A stretch of DNA of 64,000 nt from an uncultured Acidobacteriota bacterium (GTDB lineage Bacteria; Acidobacteriota; UBA6911), in the NCBI GenBank assembly GCA_963827655.1, contig CAWHCF010000044.1:96001-160000 (forward strand), given 5' to 3'. The position numbers and the translations under genes were made by a program. A model generated the notes under the pieces. It saw nothing but the letters and a program-made list of their open reading frames with translations. It was not told the origin of the DNA and made no database searches. How positions within the stretch are numbered: the first letter of the stretch is position 1; the number at the start of each line of letters is the position of its first letter. Shown piece after piece: positions 53,267 through 63,652 of the stretch.

Positions 53267-53591
53267 AGTAGATCAAATCCCTATCGACCGGCCGCTTCGG
53301 GTGGAACACGCGGGAACGGCCATCGTCGTCGTTCGAACCCAGGAAAGCGTCACTGCATTCCATGACCGCTGTCCTCACGCCCAGTGGCCGCTTTCCGGGG
53401 GAGAGTTGACCAATGGCATTCTTCAGTGCCCTGGCCATGGGTGGCAATTCGATATCGGCACCGGACGCTGCGTCGACTCACCGGTCTATTGCCTCAAGCC
53501 GGTTTCGGTTGTGGTGACCGACGACCGGGTCCGGTTGGAGTGGGACGCTCCGGCGTCGGAGCATGAAAGCGTCAATGAAGCGATTGTTTGA
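53247..53591 (+). CDS. Rieske [2Fe-2S] protein
   Basis: RCPHAQWPL...QCPGHGWQFD (CxH...CxxH). Overlaps the upstream hydroxylase by 20 nt. Confidence 0.93.
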   Translation: MPHIDIRVDQIPIDRPLRVEHAGTAIVVVRTQESVTAFHDRCPHAQWPLSGGELTNGILQCPGHGWQFDIGTGRCVDSPVYCLKPVSVVVTDDRVRLEWDAPASEHESVNEAIV

Positions 53592-54219
53592 TATTGTCAT
53601 ATCGGCGACCGGCCTGTCGCTCCTGGCCGTTCCCTTCGCGGTTATTGCCCTGGCCATCAAGGTCTCCTCTCCCGGCACGGTGTTCTATCGTCAGAAGAGG
53701 ATGGGACGTGGCGGCCGGCCATTCTGGCTGTACAAGTTCCGCTCCATGAGGAATGCGGAAGGCGGCGCGCAGGTCACGGTAGACGGAGACCCGAGGATTA
53801 CCGCGGTAGGGCGCGTGCTGCGCCGTTGGAAGCTTGATGAGCTGCCGCAACTGTATAACATTTTACGCGGTGACATGAGCGTGGTCGGCCCGCGTCCCGA
53901 AGTCGAGCGATTCGTGCGCAGCTATACGGCCGAACAGCGACTTGTGCTCGAGCAGACTCCGGGGCTGGCGGGACTCGCCCAGCTCGTCTACCCGCACGAA
54001 GCGGATTTACTTCGGGGATGCGACGATCCCGAAGAGGCTTACGTGCGCTATCTGTTGCCGAAAAAAGTTGCCGTCGATCTGCAATATGAACAGAAGCGAA
54101 CCTTTTGGTCCGATATGCGCCTCCTCGGGGAACTAGCGCTGCTGGTCCTGGGCAAGAGTTATCGCACCGACCGAAACTTTCAGAATACCTCATGCGGAAA
54201 CACGAACCGATTAGACTGA
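53563..54219 (+). CDS. Initiating polyprenyl-phosphate phosphoglycosyl transferase (bacterial sugar transferase)
   Basis: KRLFD, KFRSM, DPRIT.VG, KLDELPQL.N, GDMSVVGPRPE, PGL.G.AQ. Confidence 0.93.
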   Translation: MKASMKRLFDIVISATGLSLLAVPFAVIALAIKVSSPGTVFYRQKRMGRGGRPFWLYKFRSMRNAEGGAQVTVDGDPRITAVGRVLRRWKLDELPQLYNILRGDMSVVGPRPEVERFVRSYTAEQRLVLEQTPGLAGLAQLVYPHEADLLRGCDDPEEAYVRYLLPKKVAVDLQYEQKRTFWSDMRLLGELALLVLGKSYRTDRNFQNTSCGNTNRLD

Positions 54220-55316
54220 TAGCGGTGGGCGACATCTGTCCGGGCGACCTTGTCTGCCTGGGTTTTGGCACCGGTACGCTCATGCGGTCCCGCGGACCGC
54301 ATTTCGCGTTAGAGCGGGCGCGGGCTCTCCTGCGCGAAGGCGACATTGTGCTGGGCAACCTCGAGGGTGTGCTCTCGAATCACGGGGCTGACCCCAGCAA
54401 CATTGACAGCATGGAATTCCGAGGCCTGCCCGAGTTTGGCCAGGCTCTCCGCGATGCCGGGTTTAATGTGATGACAGTGGCCAACAACCATGTGGGCGAC
54501 TACGGTCCGGAGGGAATGTGGGAGACGGTGAACAACCTGAAATCGGCCGGGGTCCACGTGCTCGGCCTGCGTGACAAGAACCGCACCGCCACACCCTTGA
54601 TCCAGGAAATCAAAGGCCTGCGGATCGGCTGGCTGGCTTATACCTGGCACTTCTCGAGAAACAGGGCTCAGGACACCGAGTTGTTATCGCTGACCAAGGG
54701 ACACGAGGTGCCGGCTGAAATCGCGGCCCTTCGCCCCGAGGTGGATTTCCTCATCGTTACACCGCACTGGGGTGCCGAGCTGGTTTCTGTTCCGCCTCAG
54801 AGCGTCTTCAAGCACGCTCACGCCATGGCGGACGCCGGCGCCGACCTGGTACTCGGTCATCACCCGCACGTCCTGCAGGGTACGGAGCGGCGAGGCAAGT
54901 GTCTGATTGTCTATAGCCTGGGAGACTTCTTGTTCGACGACTGGCTTCCATGGCTGACCGAGACAGCCCTGTTCCGTTGTACCATCGAGGAGGGAGAGGT
55001 CAGAAACCCCGAGTTCGTCCCGCTGAAGATCAACCGAAATTTCCAGCCGGAGCCGGCCACGAGGGCACAGTCCGCGCGCATTCTTCGGCGTATCGAACGG
55101 AGTACCCGCGCAATTAACGACCCCAAGCTAGCCTGGCTTCGCGACGAAGCTCGAACCTGGAAACGCGAAGCGAAAATGAAACGCCGTCTGGTTGCGAGCC
55201 AGATCCTGTTCCTCGCAGCCAACATCGGACGTTTAGGGCCGCGCTTCGCCTACCAGAAGCTCGCTCGCCGGCTGCCGGTTCTTCCCAGCTGGCCCAAGAA
55301 ACAACAAGCGCAATGA
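54192..55316 (+). CDS. CapA/PgsA-family metallophosphoesterase-fold protein, copy 2
   Basis: Same motifs as 5201-6307 and long identical stretches with it. Confidence 0.9.
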   Translation: MRKHEPIRLIAVGDICPGDLVCLGFGTGTLMRSRGPHFALERARALLREGDIVLGNLEGVLSNHGADPSNIDSMEFRGLPEFGQALRDAGFNVMTVANNHVGDYGPEGMWETVNNLKSAGVHVLGLRDKNRTATPLIQEIKGLRIGWLAYTWHFSRNRAQDTELLSLTKGHEVPAEIAALRPEVDFLIVTPHWGAELVSVPPQSVFKHAHAMADAGADLVLGHHPHVLQGTERRGKCLIVYSLGDFLFDDWLPWLTETALFRCTIEEGEVRNPEFVPLKINRNFQPEPATRAQSARILRRIERSTRAINDPKLAWLRDEARTWKREAKMKRRLVASQILFLAANIGRLGPRFAYQKLARRLPVLPSWPKKQQAQ

Positions 55317-57272
55317 GCCTGATATCGACCGAGAACGTCGCATCCGACGACTTGCTGCCGTCACCCGACAACCAGACCCCGCTCCTGACGCTGGTCTGGC
55401 TCAAAGGCGGCCGCCGGGAGCTCGATGCCTCCAAGATTGTCGAGAACATGTTCCGGCATTCGACCGGTCCTTATGGGCTGACGGCAATCACGGGCGGTGA
55501 CGCCACCCTCGCCTGGGGGATATTGTTACCGAAAAGTTACACGCCCTTAACCGCCTGGTCCGTATACTCGGACGGCTCAGAGTTGTGCCTCTTCGAAGGC
55601 GATCTGTACGATGATCTTCCGGGATTGAGGGTGGTGCCTGGCGAGAATCCGAGAATCGCCGAGCGAATCGCCGTCCATATGCGGAAACAACCAGACGCGC
55701 GATTTTCCGACCTGGTCGGAATATACAGCGGCGTATATGTCAATCGCGAACGTTCCTGCGCCTATGTTTTCGGAGACGTTACCGGCACGCGGCCTGTCTT
55801 CTGGCATTCCAATGAGAAACGCCTGGTAGTTACCGGCAATCTCTGGGCGTTTCGAGGTTGCCAGGGTTTCGAAAGATCCTGGGACAGAATGGCGCTGGCG
55901 CAAGTGCTTACGATGGGCTTCCCCATGGCCGGGCGAACCTGGCTTGACGGAGTGAGGCTGCTGCAGCGCGGCCGGCAGGTCCGTTCCTTCGCGGACGGCC
56001 GCACAGAAGTCCGGATGACGCTGGAGCCGGTAGCGCGCGCATCCTGGTCGCTCGAGCAATCGGTGCATGCCCTGCGCGACAGCCTGGACGAAACCGTCGC
56101 ACGGATCTGCCGCCGTCTAGATGGTCCGGTCGCGCTTGGATTGAGCGGCGGGCTGGATTCCCGGACGCTGCTGGCATCGCTTCATACCCAAAAACTCGAT
56201 CACCGTAACTTTACGTTCTGTCTTTCCCCGGATGAGGCCGACAACCGGATTGCGAAATCCTCAGCCGAACTTCTGGGGGAGGAGCACAACACAGTCATCG
56301 CGCACATACCGGGCCTCGGCGCATTCCACCGAGACATACTCCTGATGAACGAAGGAGAATCGTCCGGATTTGGCTTCCTGGTCCTGGCGGCCCGGGTCCA
56401 ACAAGAAAGCAATGCGCTGTTAATAGGCAGCGAAGCCGTCCGTGAGACTCCGGGATCACTTCAACCGATCGCGCTCAAGAGCAAGCGCGAACTTGCGCGG
56501 CATATGCTCCGAGAGTACTCGACGTCCTTTCCGCGTTGATCATGCTCATAAATTGCTCGTGCCCGCATTCAGGGTACCGTGGCAGGATGTGCTGGACGAA
56601 TGGTTCGACTCATTCGAGCAGATAAATCACGACTCTATCCTGGAGGTTTTTTTGGATCATGTGGCGGACTACAGGGTACAACGTCGCACGCGTGCCCGTC
56701 TCGACCAGGTCCGCTGGTTCTGTCTTCCGGTCTATCCTTATATGGATGACCGGCTGTACGGCACCTACCGTCGTCTTCCCCTCTCGCAGGTGCACGGCGA
56801 ACAAGCTTCCATCGCCCTGCTGTGCAGCTATAATACGGGCCTGGAGAAGCTGCCGTCCCCGGCCGTGCGCTTTGGTATGCCGATGGACAAGGCGTACCGT
56901 TACCGCCATCTCCTCCATGCGGGTCGCATCCTGCGCGACAACCTTGTGCACCCGTTGAAACGGAAGTGGCGTGAGACTAAGGGCGCCTGGGGATTCGGCC
57001 GGAGCGTGCTGAGCCCGGTACGGCAGACCGAGCTGCCGCGGCTGGAGCAGTGCCGGTTGTTCCATTGGCCGGAGGTAAAGAGCCTCATCGACCAAGCCGC
57101 GCGCGGCAGCTTTTCGAACATAACAGCATTGCACGCTTTGATTAACGCGGGAATCATCGACGAGTTCGTATTCGGCGCCGGTCTTTCCGGATCCCGCGCG
57201 CTCCGGTTCATGAAGTCAACGCGAGAGGTTCAATTGGTGCGCAATTCGGCGCAAGCGGAAATCAGGACCTGA
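55313..57272 (+). CDS. Asparagine-synthase-related ATP-dependent amide ligase lacking the N-terminal Cys (frameshift near 56530)
   Basis: Degenerate Ntn domain (EGDLY, D..GTRPVF), LGLSGGLDSR PP-loop, YPYMDDRL. No MCG start. Confidence 0.7.
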
Positions 57273-57375
57273 TTTCGCGTTCTCGTCTCCGTCATAAGTG
57301 TGTGCAAACAGAATCCGCGGAGACGATCGACGCTTTACAACTTTGGATTCAACTTTGCCTTCGAGGATAAAAGAA

Positions 57376-58128
57376 ATGGCTGCTGAACTGACACATCTGC
57401 TCAAGATCGCCCGGACCTCGCTCAACGAGCGCGGCGTTTTGGGAACCATGAAACAGGGGCCGCACTATCTCAAGACCTACCTGAAACGCCGCAAGGCCTG
57501 GAGGGATTTTGAGGAGCAAGATGGCTTCGACCGGCGATACGGTACCGACACGACCGCCATGCTGGGGCCTGCGGATTTTGGCCACACCTCTGAAAACGTC
57601 CGGTACGCCTCTCTCTATCGGGCGACTCTGCCCCGCACATTCGAGCGCATCATCGGGACTATGAAGATCCGGCACGAAGACTTTATCTTCGTGGACTTTG
57701 GATCGGGTAAGGGCCGGACCCTCCTGCTGGCATCGGAGTTCCCTTTCAAGAGGGTCATCGGCGTGGAGTTTTCGCCCAAGCTTCACGAGACAGCGCAGAA
57801 AAATGTGCGCATTTACCGATCGGCAACTCAGAAATGCAAGCAATTCGAGCTCGAATGCCTCGATGCCGCATCGTATGAGCTGCCCGTCGAAAACACGGTG
57901 TTCTATTTCTTTGATCCGTTCGAACTTCCCGTCATGAGTCCGGTCATAGACAACATGAAGAAGTCTCTGGAAAAGCATCCGCGTAAAGTATTCATTGCGT
58001 ACGTGAATCCGACCTATTGCGCGGTTATGGAGAACTCCGGATTTCTCCATAGGATCGCGAAATTCGAAGGGGGTCCGCCGGAGATGGGCTTGGAGTATCC
58101 CTGGCATATTTACACGAACCAGCAATGA
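57376..58128 (+). CDS. Class I SAM-dependent methyltransferase
   Basis: FDRRYGTDT, FVDFGSGKGR, IGVEFS, YFFDPF, YVNP. Confidence 0.87.
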   Translation: MAAELTHLLKIARTSLNERGVLGTMKQGPHYLKTYLKRRKAWRDFEEQDGFDRRYGTDTTAMLGPADFGHTSENVRYASLYRATLPRTFERIIGTMKIRHEDFIFVDFGSGKGRTLLLASEFPFKRVIGVEFSPKLHETAQKNVRIYRSATQKCKQFELECLDAASYELPVENTVFYFFDPFELPVMSPVIDNMKKSLEKHPRKVFIAYVNPTYCAVMENSGFLHRIAKFEGGPPEMGLEYPWHIYTNQQ

Positions 58129-58212
58129 CAGGTCGTCACAGACTCGATCCCGGCGTCTTAAGGGGTTTATTTTGTTCCGCCTCATCGAGAATCTTGTAGA
58201 GTTCAACCGGAT

Positions 58213-60208
58213 ATGAAAAGATTTCTGTTTGCTTTCCAGAGTTCCTTCCGCCGACTCCTGCTGGTGTTGTTCCACGTTGGACTCATTGCACTATCACTCC
58301 GCGTCGCATTTCTTCTCAGGTTCGATTTTGAGCTGTCGGGAGACCCGACAGCATTCTTCGCAGAAAAGCATCTGGATCGCGGTCGTCGCGAAAACCGCGG
58401 TGTTTCTTCTGGCCGGGCTCCACCGTGGCTGGTGGCGCTTCGTCGGCATCAATGACCTCCTCCGGGTCTTCTTCGCCAATCTGGTCGCTTCCGCCGTTTT
58501 CACGGCGGCTGTTTTGTTAACGACAGGTCCCGGCCCTGGAGCTCCCCGCGACTCTGGATCTTTTCCGCGCTCGATCTACGTCATCGATTTCGTGCTCTGT
58601 TTTCTGATGACGGCCGGCGCGCGCTTTGCCGTCCGGCTCTATATCGAAGGGATAAGGGGCACGTCCTCGAAGACTGGCGGCAAAGGGTTGCTGATTTACG
58701 GGGCCGGTGGAGCCGGAAGGATGTTGCTGCAGGGAAATTCGCTCGAATCCCACGCTCGGCTACGAGGTAATCGGGTTCATGGACGACGACCCGAAACTGC
58801 GGGCCGCCCATCTGATGAATGTTCGAGTGCTTGGAGACAGGCAGGGACGCTGCCACGCATCGTGGATCGGCACAATAAAAGAAAGCGCTCTCGCAAGATT
58901 GAAGAGATCGTCATCGCCATGCCATCCGCGTCCGGACGTCAAATGGGCGAAGCCTTGGCGAATTGCCGAGCCGCCGGCGTCGCCTGCAAGACAATTCCCG
59001 GAATCGGAGAGCTTTTGAATGGAAAGGTCCTCAGCGCTCAAATCCGCAACCCCACCCTGGACGACCTGATTGGGCGGGAGCAGGTCCCGCTGGAGGAAGA
59101 TCGCATCCAGGAAAGTATCGCCGGCCGCTCGGTCCTGATCACAGGAGCTGGTGGATCGATCGGGTCCGAACTGTGCCGTCAAGCCGCCCGGTTCAACCCC
59201 GCAAAACTGATCGCTTTTGATCAGGGTGAAACCGAGTTGTTCAGAATCGATCTCGAATTGCGTGAGAAATACCCGTCGCTTGATGTAGTTCCGGAAGTCG
59301 GTGACATTCGCGATGCGGAGCGGGTTGAGGAGGTAATTCGCCGGCATTCCGTCGATTCAATCTTCCACGCCGCCGCGTATAAACACGTCCCCATGATGGA
59401 AGCTCATGTCATCGAGGCGGTGAAGAACAACGTGGTGGGAACCTGGAACCTGGTGAAGGCTGCTTGCGAGTTTCAGGTTTCGAATTTCCTGATGATTTCC
59501 TCCGATAAGGCGGTGAATCCCACGAGCATTATGGGAGTGACGAAGCGGATCGCCGAGTTGATCGTATCGGCTGAGTCGGATGCAGCTCCTCAGACGACCA
59601 AGTTCGTCTCGGTGCGTTTCGGCAACGTACTGGGAAGCAATGGCAGCGTCGTTCCACTGTTCCAGGCGCAGATCGCGGCTGGAGGGCCGGTCACGGTAAC
59701 TCATCCCGGAGTGAAACGCTACTTCATGAGCGTGCGAGAAGCGGTGCAGCTGGTGCTTCAGGCCTCGACCATGGGAAAAGGGTCGGAGATCTTCGTGCTG
59801 GACATGGGTGAGATGGTGCGGATCGTCGACCTGGCTAAAAACCTGATCACGTTTGCCGGGCTAGACCCGGAGAAAATCCAAATCCGTTTCATTGGGCTGC
59901 GCCCCGGAGAAAAGCTCTACGAAGAACTGATGACCGAGGGAGAGAATATCCGTCCGACGCATCATGAAAAGATCAAGATCTTCAGAGGTCCCCAAATCAA
60001 GCGAGGCCTGCTGGAAGCCTGGCTGTTGCAACTCGAGCTGTTGCTGGAAAAGAGAAACCCTGACCTGGTAATAAACCATTTAAAAGAGCTTGTCCCCGAA
60101 TACCAGGATCCCCGAACTCTGGCGAGTCCTCCAGAGAAGAAACACGCACCGAGGTTGCCGGGGCCTTCGCTGACCTCCCCAAACGCCAATGAGTCCCTGA
60201 ATCGGTGA
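58213..60208 (+). CDS. CapD/PglF-family membrane-bound NDP-sugar 4,6-dehydratase (frameshifts in 5' half)
   Basis: N-terminal TMs, IYGAG.AG, ITGAGGSIGSEL, HAAAYKHVP, ISSDKAVNP, RFGNVLGS.GSV, GLRPGEKLYEEL. Confidence 0.93.
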
Positions 60209-60283
60209 CAGGCTACGCTTTTCCCAATTTCATGAATAGGATGACTTTGGCGGTCTATCGTAAAGGATAGCCTGTCACCGATT
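60200..60283. repeat. Perfect 16-bp inverted repeat enclosing 52 nt (MITE/REP-like)
   Basis: AATCGGTGACAGGCTA ... TAGCCTGTCACCGATT. The left arm supplies the capD stop codon. Confidence 0.75.
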
Positions 60284-60307
60284 TTTCGTATAGCCCCTGA
60301 GGCAAAC

Positions 60308-61562
60308 ATGAAGATTCTGATTATCGCTTCCAACTATCCGTACTCCGGCCATCCCGCATCCGGAATCTTCAACGAGCGGTGCGCAATGGTCTTGCGAGAA
60401 CTTTGCGACCATATTGAAGTCGTGTCTCCAAGACCCTATGTCCCACCCCTGTTGTCGTCTTTGGTGCCGCGTTGGAAGGCCTATTCGTCCATTAAAGAAT
60501 ATGAGCGTAGGAACGAGATCTCAGTCCATCGACCGGCTTCTCCTGTGATTCCCTACGTGGCCGGCTCTTTTTGGTTCGACCGTGGGGCGTTTTTCCGGTG
60601 CCGGCAACGGATTCGAGAGCTCAATGACAAGGTCCACTTCGATGCGATCATCTCTTTCGATCTACTGGGAGCAGGCGGAATCGCGTGGAGAGCCGGGCAG
60701 GATTTGGGAATTCCAACTTGCGGCTGGGCTACGGGTGATGATGTTCTTATTCCACCATCTCCAGCCTATGCCCGAGTCGTCATTCGGGCATTGGAACGCT
60801 TGGATCTGGTCTTCTACCAAAGCCAGGAGCTCATGGCCAAAGCTGCCGGCCTCCTGGGAACCACGCTGGATCGCTTGTCGAACAAGCGACACATGGTACT
60901 TCCTCGAGGTATTCCGGCTCCCCCTCTACTGGCTCGAAGCGCGATCCGCAGTCGAGTCCGTGCGGAACTTGGCTTAAGCGAAGACCAGGTGCTCGTCGTC
61001 AACATCGGCAGAATCTCGCGAGAAAAAGCTGTGTTAGAGCTGGTCGATGCTTTTTCTATGGCCATCGCCCGAAATCCCCGCGTGGTCTGCCTGCTCATAG
61101 GTTCACTTCCAGCTTTTGACGACAGCAACGCCGTAAGGGAAAAATTGGAAAAGACTCCAGGCACGCGGGAAAGAGTAAAGCTTCTCCCGGCTTGCAGTAG
61201 CGATAAGGTTGCGGAGTATCTGTGCGCGGCCGACATATTTGCCTTCGCGAGTTATCACGAGGGGATGCCAAACAGCTTGCTCGAAGCAATGGCGATGGGA
61301 GTGCCCTCGGTCGCGTTTGCGCATACCCCCTGTTCTTGAGCTTGAAGGCGGGACTGGAGCCCTGGTTGCGGTGCCGCCGTTCAATTCGGCACTGTTTTCA
61401 CAGGCTATTCTGCATGTGGCCGAATCCCCTGCAAACCGGACTGACATGGAGAAAAAAGGCAAAGCTCGCGTCATGGAACGCTACATGATGAGGAAAAACA
61501 TGGCCAGCGCTCTCGACCGGCTCGCCCCCTTGACCGGTCTACAAAAGTGCGAAGCAGGATAA
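60308..61562 (+). CDS. Glycosyltransferase family 4 (frameshift near 61320)
   Basis: IGRISREK, ADIF..ASYHEGMPNSLLEAMAMG.P (EX7E). Confidence 0.92.
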
Positions 61563-61681
61563 CCGACTTGGCGTTTTCTTGGCTGGGACTTCAGGTCTTT
61601 GGTTAAACTGCCAGTTTGCCAAATTAAGTTTTTGCCCAATCGCAGCGGTACTACTTCAGAACTCCACCCGGAGAGATTCAA

Positions 61682-63541
61682 ATGTGCGGCATAGCAGGGT
61701 TCCTCAGTCTCAAGGCTTGCGTCGGGCCAGCACTTATTGAGACGATGACTCGCACGATAAAGTATCGGGGTCCGGATGACGAAGGGTATCTCGCGGTCGA
61801 TACTCAAGCCGACTCGATTGAGGGAATACCACTTATAGGATCGGACAGTGCGACCCGCACTCAAAGGCCTCTGGAAATGTTCACAGGACCGGCTCGACTA
61901 TACCTGGGTCACCGGCGGCTCTCAATCCTGGATCTTTCCACAGCCGGTCATCAGCCGATGCGTTATCGCGATAGATGGATCGTATACAATGGCGAGGTTT
62001 ACAACTACCTGGAACTCCGTCAGGAGCTGAAGGCTGAAGGGTATGAATTCGCTACTAATACCGACACCGAAGTAATCCTCGCGGCCTATGACCGGTGGGG
62101 CGAGAAGTGCGTTACACGCTTCAACGGCGAATGGGCTCTTTGTATTTTCGACCCTCGGCGCCGGACTCTTTTTCTCTCCCGCGATCGATACGGCATTAAA
62201 CCGCTCTATTTCTTTAGAAACCAGGAGTTTTTCGCGTTTGCCTCAGAAATCAAAGCGATCTTATCCCTTCCGTTTGTACCGCGATCTCTCAATAGAGAAA
62301 AAGCGTTTCATTATCTCGCACTCTTCTGCAGAGATCACACGGAGGAAACCCTATACGACGGCATCTATCAGCTCATGCCGGGACACAACTTGTCGGTCAA
62401 TATCGAGACCGGGGAGACGAGAACATTCCAGTATTACACGCTCTCCTATTGTTCCGAGTTGGGAGAATACGACCATCGGCTAGCTCTGGCGTATGCCGCG
62501 GATATCCGCGATCTTCTCTTTGACTCAATTCGGCTGCGGCTGCGCGCCGATGTGCCCGTCGGCACCTGCCTATCCGGGGGACTCGATAGTTCAGCGGTGG
62601 TAACCATTGTGGCGAAACTACGTGGCATCGAGACTACCCCACAAGATCAGAACACGTTCACGGCATCCTTTCCCGGAGAACCGGTGGACGAAAGTTCGTA
62701 CGCCAGGTCTGTGGTTGAAGACACCGGTGCGACAAGTCATTTCAGTTATCCCTCAAAGGAGGGGTATTGGTCCGAACTTCCGGCAATTCTGCATCATCAG
62801 GACGAGCCCTTCGGAGGACCTTCCGTTTACGCACAGTGGGAAGTAATGCGCCAGGCTTCCAAGCATGTCAAAGTAGTACTGGACGGTCAGGGGGGAGATG
62901 AGGTCTTCGCCGGATACAGGGATTATCGAATGTCTTTCCTGGCCAACCTGTTCGTAAAACGAAGGATCGGCGCGCTTGTTACGGAGCTCTGGTCGACGAT
63001 CAGGCTTACCAATGGATTCAGAAAGGCTGCTGCTGAGTTGAAACCTTTTCCCTTCTTTGCTCTCAACAGTTCTTGGAAAAGGCGGGTGCACGGGCTCCGC
63101 TATCGTGAGGAACTCAGGCGATCCAAGGAAATCCTCGTCCAGGCAAATGCGAACGGAATAGATTATGACGGCTCGGAGCATATCGATCGACGGTACAGTC
63201 AGAATATCAATGAGTTACTCGCCAACTACATGACGAAGTACAGCCTTCCCCACTTATTGAAGGCCGAGGACAGAAACAGCATGGCGCATTCGGTCGAAGC
63301 CAGAGTACCCTTTACCGACTATCGTCTCGTCGATTACGTCTTCTCGATTCCTGGAATATATAAGATTCACAACGGGTGGACGAAGTGGTTGTTAAGGCTG
63401 GCGACCAAGGATCTTCTCCCTGAAGCTATTGTATGGCGCAGAGACAAACTTGGTTTTGCGACACCTGCCTGGGCTTCGCGGCAGGAGGAGTGGAAATTCT
63501 GGATTGAACACAACTTCAACCCTTTGACTGGCTCCTCCTGA
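61682..63541 (+). CDS. asnB: Asparagine-synthase-like glutamine amidotransferase (glycan amidation type)
   Basis: MCGIAG, RGPDDEG, GHRRLSILD, LSGGLDSS, DGQGGDE, DRNSMAHSVEARVPF, KLGF. Confidence 0.93.
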   Translation: MCGIAGFLSLKACVGPALIETMTRTIKYRGPDDEGYLAVDTQADSIEGIPLIGSDSATRTQRPLEMFTGPARLYLGHRRLSILDLSTAGHQPMRYRDRWIVYNGEVYNYLELRQELKAEGYEFATNTDTEVILAAYDRWGEKCVTRFNGEWALCIFDPRRRTLFLSRDRYGIKPLYFFRNQEFFAFASEIKAILSLPFVPRSLNREKAFHYLALFCRDHTEETLYDGIYQLMPGHNLSVNIETGETRTFQYYTLSYCSELGEYDHRLALAYAADIRDLLFDSIRLRLRADVPVGTCLSGGLDSSAVVTIVAKLRGIETTPQDQNTFTASFPGEPVDESSYARSVVEDTGATSHFSYPSKEGYWSELPAILHHQDEPFGGPSVYAQWEVMRQASKHVKVVLDGQGGDEVFAGYRDYRMSFLANLFVKRRIGALVTELWSTIRLTNGFRKAAAELKPFPFFALNSSWKRRVHGLRYREELRRSKEILVQANANGIDYDGSEHIDRRYSQNINELLANYMTKYSLPHLLKAEDRNSMAHSVEARVPFTDYRLVDYVFSIPGIYKIHNGWTKWLLRLATKDLLPEAIVWRRDKLGFATPAWASRQEEWKFWIEHNFNPLTGSS

Positions 63542-63652
63542 GTCTCGCTTAATCTTTCAACTGCCACGCCTCCCGCCTACAGAATAGACAAGGGTCTCGG
63601 TGCTGAACCCCTAGGCGGGCAATTTAAGACCAAAGGATAAAGAGAACTAACC

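Noticed and set aside
55313-57272. Lasso peptide cyclase / RiPP cluster
   Set aside because: No B-protein peptidase, PqqD/RRE domain or plausible precursor peptide nearby.
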